This document shows, piece by piece, positions 7,722 to 16,384 of a stretch of 64,000 bases of DNA (position 1 is its first letter; the number at the start of each line of letters is the position of its first letter). This DNA is from an uncultured Ferruginibacter sp. GTDB lineage: Bacteria > Bacteroidota > Bacteroidia > Chitinophagales > Chitinophagaceae. A model generated the notes under the pieces. It saw only the letters and a list, made by a program, of their open reading frames with translations, had not been told where the DNA came from and ran no database searches. The translations under genes and the position numbers were made by a program. Location: positions 3,387-67,386 of the forward strand of contig CAYVLT010000001.1 in the NCBI GenBank assembly GCA_964452405.1, in the 5' to 3' direction.

Positions 7722-10700
7722 TTAAAAAGTTAGGTTAAGGCCGGCAGTAAAAGAACGTGCCTGGGGATAGAAACCACGATCAATACCGTAGCTGCCGCCA
7801 CCGATCTCTGGGTCATAACCCGTGTATTTGGTGATGGTAAGCAGGTTGTTACCACTCACGAAGATGCGTGCCCTTTGAAAACGTACTTTATTCATGATTG
7901 AAGTTGGTAAAGTGTATCCCAGTTGCAACACTTTGATCCTGAAATAATCTCCATCTTCCAGGTAAAAAGAAGAAGGATTGCTGAAGTTTCCGTTTGGATC
8001 ATCAGTTGACAAACGTGGGAAGCTGTTGGAAGTTCCGGGACCAGTCCAGCGGTTCAGGGCCTGCGTGGTGTAATTTGCAGTTGGAATATCCAGCCTGCGT
8101 AATCCATTGTAGATCTGGTTTCCTCCGGCACCCTGTCCAAAGATCACGAGGTCGAATCCATGGTAGGCAATATTGGCAGTAAAACCATAGGACCAGTCAG
8201 GCGTAGGATCGCCGATGAATTTACGGTCAGCGGTAGTGATAGCACCATCGCCGTCAATATCAGCCCAGCGGAAATCACCGGGTTGCGCATTGGGTTGAAT
8301 TAAACCGCCATTTTTGTTGCGGTAATTATTGATCTCTTCCTGAGTCTGGAAAATGCCCATTGTTTCATACCCGTAAAATGAACCGATGGCATGACCCACA
8401 GCATTGCGTGCTAACTCCAACTGGCTTGATTGCAGTTTAGGACCAACGATATAGGTTTTATCAACGCCTAAATAAGTAATGGTGTTTTTGAGGTGCGATA
8501 CATTCGCTTTCAATTCAATCTTCACGTCACTGATGGTTTTACGATATCCCAATTCGAGTTCAAAACCTGAGTTGGTCATATCAGCAACGTTGCCGATTGG
8601 TCCGCCCACACCCACATACAGGGGCACATCCACGCCCAGCAACATGCCGGTTGTTTTTTTCTTGTACCAGTCAAAAGTTACGGTGAAGTCGCGGTACACT
8701 GTTGCGTCGAAGCCGATATCGGTCTGGCTGGTCTGTTCCCATTTAAGATCAGGGTTGGCAATGGCTGCAGGGCTGTTACCAAAAGTATAGGTATCGCCAA
8801 ATGTGTAGTTTCTGCCACCATCCACACGGCTCACGTAGTTAAAGTCACCGATATTATCGTTACCGGTAACACCATAAGAACCGCGGATTTTCAGGAAGTT
8901 GATCACTTTGTTCTGTGGCCAGAAATCTTCTTTGGAAGCTACCCAGCCGATTGAACCGGATGGGAAGAAGCCATATTTATTATTGCTTCCGAAACGGCTT
9001 GAACCATCCCGCCTTACGATGCCTTGCACCAGGTATTTTTCCTGGTAGTCATACGTTAAACGTGCATAGATAGAACTTACTTTATGAGCATAAGCTTGCC
9101 CTGCCCAGCCTTTAGAAGAATCAGGCAATACATAATGGGTGGTAGAAGCTTCTGCGAAAGTATTCACAGGGAAATTATAATAACTGGTTCCCTGGCTCCT
9201 GCTGGAGTAATTGTCAACATAAGCACCGGTACCTACAAGGGCTGTTACGTGATGTGAACCAAAGCTGGTGGTATAAGAGGCTGTGTTTTCCCAGGTGTAG
9301 TTCAACGCCCGGTTGCTTTCGGTATAAAAAGAGTTGTTACCTGTATTTTTATTAACCGTGTTATAATAATAATAAGGATTAAAACTTTCACTACCCCAGA
9401 AAGCATATTTAGCACCCAGGCTGGTGCGAACTTTCAAACCTTTAATGGGTTCTACTTCGGCAAAAGTATTTCCCACCAGGTTATCAGACCATCCAAAATT
9501 GCCAAGATGGGTTTTGATATAGGCCAGTGGGTTCGACATTTCCTGCAATACAATATTGGAGATGCCATAAGGATTTCCATTTTCATCTCTTACAATACCC
9601 AGTCCCTGGTTGTTGTTGCCATTCGGCAAATAAGGATCTGCATTGGCTTCAGTTGGATCGGTGATCACCGCTTTGGTGATTGGATCGAGGTTTACCACCG
9701 AGCTTAAAATACCACCATATTCCGTATTAAGCCCACCGATTCCGATTCCTTTTATGTGCGAATAACCAAGATTGCTTCCAACAGTTAGCCAGTTGTTGAT
9801 CTTATGAGTACCGTTGAAGCGGAAATTAAGGCGTTTGTACTTGGAAATATCAGTGGCAATGATACCTTCCTGTTCAAAATATCCAAATGAGGAATAAAAA
9901 GTGGAACGGTCGCTACCCCCGCTGATGCTCAGTTCATGATCCTGGATTTTAGCGCTGTTGTTAAATATTAGTGACTGCCAATCGGTTCCTTTACCCAGGC
10001 TGGCCGGGTTGTTGAACACAAGGCCACCACCGCCTGCAAGCGACGCTTCGTTGCGAAGCGTGGCGTATTCTGTTGCATTCAAAAGATTAAGTTTATGAGC
10101 CGCTGCCTGTGTGCCATAATAGCCATTATAGCTCATAACGCTTTTTCCAGCCTTACCTTTTTTAGTGGTTACCAGTATCACTCCACTGGCAGAACGGGCT
10201 CCGTAGATTGCGGCAGAAGCTGCATCTTTTAAAACTTCGATGGATTCAATATCGCTGGGATTCAGGTAATCGATACCCCCGATATCTACCGGAACGCCAT
10301 CCACAACGTACAGCGGGTCGCTGTTACCAATGGAAGTGGTACCCCTGATGCGAAGGGTGGAGGCGGAGCCGGGCTGACCGGAACTGGCCGCAATGGTGAG
10401 GCCGGATGCACGTCCCTGCAGGAATTGCTCAACACGCCCGATGGGCTGGTTGTCGATATCCCCTGCTTTTACTTTTGAAATGGCACCGGTAACAACACTT
10501 TTCTTTTGAGTGCCATAACCCACCACCACTACTTCTTCCATGCTGGAAGTGGTTTTATTGAGTTTGGCTACTACGGCACCGTCCGTAACGCTGATTTCCT
10601 GGGTCGCATACCCAAGACTGGAAATCACTATTGTTTTTGTTGTGGCAGGAACAGTAAGACTGAACTGCCCGTTTACATCAGTAACTGTTCCCGTTTTGGA

Positions 10701-10835
10701 TCCTTTAACTACTACGGAAGCATTGGGAATTCCAATCCCCTGTTCATCTGTTACCTTACCGGTAACTGTTTTTGTTTGCGCCATTGCAATCGCCATGGAA
10801 AAGAAGGCAAAGCATAGCATGAGAATCTTCTTCAT
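7722..10835 (-). CDS. susC: SusC/RagA TonB-dependent transporter
   Basis: Start moved to MKKILM (10835), which gives a signal peptide; EVVVVGYG, IEVLKDAASAAIYGARSASGVILVTTKKG plug motif, YPQARSFTAGLNLTF end. Confidence 0.95.
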   Translation of the reverse strand: MKKILMLCFAFFSMAIAMAQTKTVTGKVTDEQGIGIPNASVVVKGSKTGTVTDVNGQFSLTVPATTKTIVISSLGYATQEISVTDGAVVAKLNKTTSSMEEVVVVGYGTQKKSVVTGAISKVKAGDIDNQPIGRVEQFLQGRASGLTIAASSGQPGSASTLRIRGTTSIGNSDPLYVVDGVPVDIGGIDYLNPSDIESIEVLKDAASAAIYGARSASGVILVTTKKGKAGKSVMSYNGYYGTQAAAHKLNLLNATEYATLRNEASLAGGGGLVFNNPASLGKGTDWQSLIFNNSAKIQDHELSISGGSDRSTFYSSFGYFEQEGIIATDISKYKRLNFRFNGTHKINNWLTVGSNLGYSHIKGIGIGGLNTEYGGILSSVVNLDPITKAVITDPTEANADPYLPNGNNNQGLGIVRDENGNPYGISNIVLQEMSNPLAYIKTHLGNFGWSDNLVGNTFAEVEPIKGLKVRTSLGAKYAFWGSESFNPYYYYNTVNKNTGNNSFYTESNRALNYTWENTASYTTSFGSHHVTALVGTGAYVDNYSSRSQGTSYYNFPVNTFAEASTTHYVLPDSSKGWAGQAYAHKVSSIYARLTYDYQEKYLVQGIVRRDGSSRFGSNNKYGFFPSGSIGWVASKEDFWPQNKVINFLKIRGSYGVTGNDNIGDFNYVSRVDGGRNYTFGDTYTFGNSPAAIANPDLKWEQTSQTDIGFDATVYRDFTVTFDWYKKKTTGMLLGVDVPLYVGVGGPIGNVADMTNSGFELELGYRKTISDVKIELKANVSHLKNTITYLGVDKTYIVGPKLQSSQLELARNAVGHAIGSFYGYETMGIFQTQEEINNYRNKNGGLIQPNAQPGDFRWADIDGDGAITTADRKFIGDPTPDWSYGFTANIAYHGFDLVIFGQGAGGNQIYNGLRRLDIPTANYTTQALNRWTGPGTSNSFPRLSTDDPNGNFSNPSSFYLEDGDYFRIKVLQLGYTLPTSIMNKVRFQRARIFVSGNNLLTITKYTGYDPEIGGGSYGIDRGFYPQARSFTAGLNLTF

Positions 10836-11089
10836 AAGCTTGATCGTTTTGTTTGCGAGTTTTGGTTGAAAAATTTGGTTTGTTAAACGGCGCCCTGAGG
10901 CAGGATCGTTGGTACAGATTTGCAAAGGCTTGCTAAAAAGATTCTTTTCCAGATGAACCTACCATGAGAAAAATGGAGAAGTACAAAATTGTAAAGGAGT
11001 CATTTTCATTGCAAGCACTGTTTTAAACCTGGGTGTAACTATCCCGGAACAGATCGATAATCATTGATGTATTACCGAAGAAGGCGGAG

Positions 11090-11097
11090 CAAATTTA
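11090..11097 (-). promoter_or_regulatory. Bacteroidetes primary-sigma -7 box for susC (TAAATTTG)
   Basis: Exact TAnnTTTG match on the minus strand; implies a leader of about 250 nt. Confidence 0.55.
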
Positions 11098-11126
11098 GAA
11101 TGCAAACGTTTGTAATTGTCCCAAAA

Positions 11127-11203
11127 TACTACATCATGGCTACTACATCAACGCTTAAATATTTGATTTTCAATAAAGTAAAATTACATCAAGCCTACAT
11201 CAA
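11127..11203. promoter_or_regulatory. Four direct repeats of TACATCA, candidate operator of the divergent PUL regulator
   Basis: TACTACATCA at 11127 and 11141; TTACATCAA at 11184; CTACATCAA at 11195; inverted copy TTGATGTA at 11064-71. Confidence 0.55.
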
Positions 11204-11243
11204 CCCATTTTTTGCATTCATTTTTTTCTGATACTTTTACAAG

Positions 11244-14123
11244 ATGAAATTTTTGGCTTTTTGTCTCTCCCTGTTTCTCACCATTGGTCCGGCATTTGGG
11301 CAAAACACGATCGGGATCCCACAAATAATAAATTATAACAATGCGAATTATAACGGGGGAACACAGAACTGGGATATCCAGCAAGACGAAAACGGGATCA
11401 TGTATTTTGCCAATAATGAAGGCCTTGTAACCTTCGATGGCAATCACTGGAAGATTTACCCCATTCCCAATAAAACCCTTATCCGGTCATTGTATGTAGC
11501 TTCAACAGATAAAATTTACGTGGGGGCGCAGGATGAATTTGGTTTTTTTTCGCCCGATAAAAACGGCAGCCTTCAATATCATTCTTTAAAAAGCCTGATT
11601 CCTAAACCCCAGAACCAGTTTGCCGATGTTTGGAACGTGGAATCGTTTGGCGAATCGGTGTTTTTTCGCACCACCGACCGGATATTTGAATTAAAGAACA
11701 ATGCGATCCAGGTGTTTCCTACCACCACGGAATGGCGTTTTTTAAAGCAGGTGGGATCAAGATTGATTGCACAGGATAAGTCGCAGGGGTTACTACAGTA
11801 CAAAAGTGGCCGCTGGTATCCCCTGAATACACAAAACGCATTTGAAGGAATTTTGGTAACCGGCGTTATACAAACCGGCCTGGATAGTTTTTTGATCAGC
11901 ACCCTCAAAAACGGGCTTTTCGTTTCCTGCAACGGCACAGTGTCTCCCAAAAAAACGGCGATCGATGAAGAATTAAAAATGTACCAGGTATATGCATTGG
12001 CGATGATCAACGAAAATGAATTTGTGCTGGGCACCACTTCAGATGGGTGCATTATCATGAATTTTAAAGGAGAAGTGGTTCAGAAAATCACGCATGAAGA
12101 GGGGCTGCAGAATAATAATGTACTTTCACTTTATCTCGACAATCACCAGAACCTCTGGGCCGGGTTGAATAACGGCATCAGTTTTACTGCTTACAATGCA
12201 GCAATTAAATATATACGTCCCGAAAAAACCAGCGACCTCGCCACCTATTCCACCAAGATCTTCAATCAAAAATTATATGTAGCCACTTCAGACGGAACCT
12301 ATTCCGTGCCGCTGACCGGGCAGAACAGCGATTTCAGTTTTTCAAAAGGTAATTTCAGCCAGATAAAAAACAGCGGTGGGCAGGTTTGGCGGCTGGATGA
12401 AGTGAATAACCAATTGCTCATGGGTTACAATGACGGCGCTTTTGTGATCCGGGATGAAGTGGCGCAGCCGATCATGCAGGGCACAGGCGCCTGGTTGTTT
12501 ATGCCTTTGTCACCGGTCTATCCTTCACGGCAGGTATTGGCCGGCACGTATATCGGGCTGGAAATGCTGAGTTTTAATGGTACCAATTTCATTGATGAAG
12601 GAAAAGTGGGCAATATCAGTGAATCGTTCAGGTTTTTGACCATCGATAATAATAATGATATCTGGACCTCTCATCCTTACCGGGGTGTGTATCGTTTTCA
12701 AAGGGCAGAGGATGGAAAAACCTTTACCTGGCAATTGTTTGGCGAAAAGGATGGATTACCTTCTTCCCTGGGCAATTATGTGTACAAAGTAAAAAACCAT
12801 ACCGTGTTCGCAACAGAAAAAGGAGTGTACGAATTTGATGCGGCGTCAAAGAGATTCTACCGGTCGCCTTTTCTGCGTCCTGTGTTTGATACCATGCAGG
12901 TGAGATACCTGACTGAAGATGCCGATGGAAATATCTGGTTTTGCAGCGAGAAAAAAATGGGCGTGGTGAGTTTCGACGAAAAGCAGCCTGCGAATTTTTC
13001 AATCACTTATTTCCCGGAACTGAATGGTCACATCCTCTCGGGATTTGAAAATGTATATCCTTATAACCGGGAAAATATTTTTATTGGCTCTGAAAAAGCC
13101 ATCATCCACCTCAATTATAAAAAGTACACCAACAGCCGTTTTCCATTGTCGGTGTTGCTTGGCCAGGTAAGGGCTTTTGATAATGCCAATACCATGGCCT
13201 TTGGCGGATACTATGTGCAGCAGGACAAAGCCGCCAATACACAACTGCCATCCAGTTACAATTCATTTCATTTTGAATACAGTTCTCCGGCATTTGGATT
13301 GCAAAACAATATCGAGTACAGCTACCAGTTAGTGGGATACGACCAGGGTTGGTCGGCATGGTCGGCAAAAACTGAAAAAGACTATACCAACCTGTCGCAT
13401 GGCAAGTATATCTTCCGGGTGAAGGCACGTGATAACCTGGGAAATGAGTCCACTATTACCTCCTGCACATTTATAGTAAAGGCAGCCTGGTATAATACCG
13501 TTACTGCTTACATCTTTTATGGCTTCCTGCTGTTGTTGCTGGTATACCTGCTGTACCGGTGGGAAAAAAGGAAATTATACCGCCAGAAGATTATGTATGA
13601 AGAGGAGGAGAAAAGGCTGCGGTACATTCACCAGTTAGAGCTTGAAAAAAATGAAAAGGAGATCATTAAACTGCAAAATGAAAAGCTGGCCAATGAAGTG
13701 CTGTTTAAAAATAAAGAGCTGGCCGATGCCACCATGCACCTGGTTGAACGAAGTGATGCACTCAACAAAGTAAGAGATGAATTACAAAAACTGTACAGGA
13801 ATACATCGAACAACCATGATGTAAAAAAAGTGATTCAGCTGCTGAACGACGTTGAAAAAAACAATGAAAACTGGGACCAGTTTGCTTCTCACTTTGACGA
13901 GGTAAACAACGACTTTTTAAAAAAGCTGAAGGCAAAGTATCCACAGCTTTCCAATACCGACCTGAAGGTATGTGCTTACCTGCAGCTGAATTTGTCCACT
14001 AAAGAAATTGCGCAGTTGCTGAATATTTCTGTAAGAGGTGCGGAGATCAGCAGGTACCGGCTCAGGAAAAAGCTGCAGCTGTCCACTGATCAAACCCTGA
14101 ATGATTTTTTAAACGGGATCTGA
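11244..14123 (+). CDS. Membrane-spanning PUL regulator: periplasmic beta-propeller + Y_Y_Y domain, TM helix, coiled coil, LuxR-type HTH
   Basis: Signal peptide; propeller repeats (EGLQNNNVLSLYLD); YSYQLVGYDQGW..DYTNLSHGKYIFRVKA; C-terminal LSTKEIAQLLNISVRGAEISRYRLRKKL; no kinase or receiver motifs seen. Confidence 0.88.
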   Translation: MKFLAFCLSLFLTIGPAFGQNTIGIPQIINYNNANYNGGTQNWDIQQDENGIMYFANNEGLVTFDGNHWKIYPIPNKTLIRSLYVASTDKIYVGAQDEFGFFSPDKNGSLQYHSLKSLIPKPQNQFADVWNVESFGESVFFRTTDRIFELKNNAIQVFPTTTEWRFLKQVGSRLIAQDKSQGLLQYKSGRWYPLNTQNAFEGILVTGVIQTGLDSFLISTLKNGLFVSCNGTVSPKKTAIDEELKMYQVYALAMINENEFVLGTTSDGCIIMNFKGEVVQKITHEEGLQNNNVLSLYLDNHQNLWAGLNNGISFTAYNAAIKYIRPEKTSDLATYSTKIFNQKLYVATSDGTYSVPLTGQNSDFSFSKGNFSQIKNSGGQVWRLDEVNNQLLMGYNDGAFVIRDEVAQPIMQGTGAWLFMPLSPVYPSRQVLAGTYIGLEMLSFNGTNFIDEGKVGNISESFRFLTIDNNNDIWTSHPYRGVYRFQRAEDGKTFTWQLFGEKDGLPSSLGNYVYKVKNHTVFATEKGVYEFDAASKRFYRSPFLRPVFDTMQVRYLTEDADGNIWFCSEKKMGVVSFDEKQPANFSITYFPELNGHILSGFENVYPYNRENIFIGSEKAIIHLNYKKYTNSRFPLSVLLGQVRAFDNANTMAFGGYYVQQDKAANTQLPSSYNSFHFEYSSPAFGLQNNIEYSYQLVGYDQGWSAWSAKTEKDYTNLSHGKYIFRVKARDNLGNESTITSCTFIVKAAWYNTVTAYIFYGFLLLLLVYLLYRWEKRKLYRQKIMYEEEEKRLRYIHQLELEKNEKEIIKLQNEKLANEVLFKNKELADATMHLVERSDALNKVRDELQKLYRNTSNNHDVKKVIQLLNDVEKNNENWDQFASHFDEVNNDFLKKLKAKYPQLSNTDLKVCAYLQLNLSTKEIAQLLNISVRGAEISRYRLRKKLQLSTDQTLNDFLNGI

Positions 14124-14178
14124 GGGTTACCGGAAAGATCAAAAAAATAATTATGTAAGGCGCCGGTCTTTTCTGTGA

Positions 14179-15438
14179 GTGGCAATGAGTAACTTGCCGC
14201 TCATGTTTTTCCGAAGGAAAATAGTTTGGTTGATGATGGCCCTCACGGGCGCAGTGCTTTTGATAGAAAGTTGCCTCAACCAATCCGGCGATCTGCAGGC
14301 TGATGTGCGTGGACAGGCCTATGCCGGAGCGGCATCCTGTGCCGGTTGTCATCAACATGAGTATGAAGCCAGCCTCCGGTCAGCCCATCACAACAGTTCC
14401 CGTCCTGCTTCTCGTACAACCGTAGCCGGTAGCTTCAGTGCGCCCGGGAACGTGTTGCTTTATTCCGATTCGGTGAAAGTGGTGATGGAAGAAAAAAATG
14501 ACCGGCTTTGGCAGTCCTCTTATACCGGCGGGCATCTGTCCGAATCACACCCTTTTGATATCGTGATCGGGTCGGGCAGAAAAGCACAAACTTACCTTTA
14601 CCACGAGGACGATGAAATTCACCAGTTGCCGATCTCTTATTTTGTTCCGGCCGCCAGTTGGGCCATCAGCCCGGGTTTTCCCTCTACCTACGTGTCTTTT
14701 AAACGGAATATTCCCAGCGCCTGTTTCGGCTGCCATGCCTCAGCAGCAAATGTATCTACCGTGCAAACAGGAAGCCTGTCGCTTTCTGAGAAATATATTC
14801 CCGGCCAGCAGCTACTTGGTATCGACTGCGAAAGATGTCATGGACCTGCCATGCAACATGTGCTGTATCAAACAGAACACCCGCAGGAGAAAGCAGCCAG
14901 GTACATCACTTCAATCAGCAGCCTGAGCAGGGCCCAAAAAATGGATATGTGTGGTTTGTGTCATTCGGGTATCAGGAAAAGCCAGCAGTCGGTATTTGAC
15001 TTTAAACCCGGCGACGCCCTTGATAATTTCTATTATCCTGATTTCATGGATAAGCCTGCTGACAAAATGGATGTTCATGGTACGCAGCTGCAATTTTTAA
15101 AGGCCAGTAAATGCTATCGGCAGAGCCAGCAGCTAACCTGCAATACCTGCCACAATCCACACGAAGATCAACGAACGGATATGGCCGGGTATTCTCAAAA
15201 ATGTATGACCTGCCACAACGAGGCAAATCATAATTTTTGCCCTGAGGCGGACACCCTGGGTGCTGCTATCGTTAAAAACTGTATCGATTGCCATATGCCA
15301 ACGCAGGCTTCCAGGGTGATTACGCTCCTCACCAATGGTAAGGAGAGTCCCCGTCCGGATTACATTCGCACCCACGTGATCGCAGTGTATGGCGACGCAA
15401 CAAAAAAAATGTTACAATCTTTCAGGCAGCAGCAGTAA
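14179..15438 (+). CDS. Multiheme (7x CXXCH) cytochrome c, probable lipoprotein
   Basis: CAGCH, CFGCH, CERCH, CGLCH, CNTCH, CMTCH, CIDCH; hydrophobic N-terminus ending LIESC. Exact start uncertain. Confidence 0.88.
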   Translation: MAMSNLPLMFFRRKIVWLMMALTGAVLLIESCLNQSGDLQADVRGQAYAGAASCAGCHQHEYEASLRSAHHNSSRPASRTTVAGSFSAPGNVLLYSDSVKVVMEEKNDRLWQSSYTGGHLSESHPFDIVIGSGRKAQTYLYHEDDEIHQLPISYFVPAASWAISPGFPSTYVSFKRNIPSACFGCHASAANVSTVQTGSLSLSEKYIPGQQLLGIDCERCHGPAMQHVLYQTEHPQEKAARYITSISSLSRAQKMDMCGLCHSGIRKSQQSVFDFKPGDALDNFYYPDFMDKPADKMDVHGTQLQFLKASKCYRQSQQLTCNTCHNPHEDQRTDMAGYSQKCMTCHNEANHNFCPEADTLGAAIVKNCIDCHMPTQASRVITLLTNGKESPRPDYIRTHVIAVYGDATKKMLQSFRQQQ

Positions 15439-15470
15439 GTTTATCAGTGTTGTTGCAATTAAAAACAGGA

Positions 15471-16268
15471 ATGATGAAATCTATCTACACAACAACTGGA
15501 CTTTCATTACTGGCATTTTTTATTATGTCGGCCAGTAACCATAACAATGCAATGGTGAGCCGGTGCCCCACAAATGATTCACTACATCTTGTGTGGTCTG
15601 ATGAATTCAGCAAAGACGGTCTGCCAGACAGTTCCAGGTGGAGTTTTGAAACCGGTGCAGGCGGATGGGGAAACAATGAAGAGGAGTTTTATACCGATCG
15701 TGCCGAAAATGCATTTGTCAGGAACGGCGTGATCACGATCACCGCCCGGAAAGAAGCGTATAAGGGTAGTAGTTATACTTCAGCAAGGCTGGTGTCGAAA
15801 GGCAAATTTTCATTTACGTATGGAAAGGTTGAAATCAGGGCAAAACTGCCAACAGGGGTGGGTACCTGGCCAGCACTATGGATGCTGGGGAGCAATGTTT
15901 CAGAAGTTGGCTGGCCACAATGTGGTGAAATTGATATCATGGAACATTTGGGCAGGGATCTCAACAATATTTATGGCACACTGCATTACCCGGGCCGTTC
16001 CGGCGGAAACGCTGATGGAGGCTCGAGGAAGATCACCAATGCTACCGACGCATTTCATATTTACACCCTTGACTGGTCGGCTTCTGCAGTAACTGTTTCC
16101 GTAGATGGTGCCATGGTACATTCAGTTGCCAACAGCGCCTCCCTGCCATTTAATCATGATTTCTTTTTAATCATGAACATGGCTATGGGTGGCGGTTTTG
16201 GGGGGCCTGTTGATCCGGCCTTCAGGCAGGCTTCTATGGAAGTGGATTACATCAGGGTGTATCAGTAA
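15471..16268 (+). CDS. Single-domain GH16 beta-1,3-glucanase with signal peptide
   Basis: WSDEF, GWGNNEEE, WPALWMLG, EIDIME, MEVDYIRVYQ; start moved to MMKS (15471). Confidence 0.9.
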   Translation: MMKSIYTTTGLSLLAFFIMSASNHNNAMVSRCPTNDSLHLVWSDEFSKDGLPDSSRWSFETGAGGWGNNEEEFYTDRAENAFVRNGVITITARKEAYKGSSYTSARLVSKGKFSFTYGKVEIRAKLPTGVGTWPALWMLGSNVSEVGWPQCGEIDIMEHLGRDLNNIYGTLHYPGRSGGNADGGSRKITNATDAFHIYTLDWSASAVTVSVDGAMVHSVANSASLPFNHDFFLIMNMAMGGGFGGPVDPAFRQASMEVDYIRVYQ

Positions 16269-16384
16269 TTTTCTTACTGGGATTTTAGCTATTTTCAAGC
16301 ATCCATGTGTGTATCAGGAGTACTGGTATTAAACGGCCGCAATGTTTGCGGTCATGTTATTACAAGTCCATTACCTTTGCGCCC

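Noticed and set aside
10836-10925. N-terminal extensions in the ORF track (susC, ABC-F, tetR, galE, DUF47, AIM24, transketolase, TBDR)
   Set aside because: They run through promoter boxes or precede the signal peptide or first conserved motif; downstream ATGs were used.
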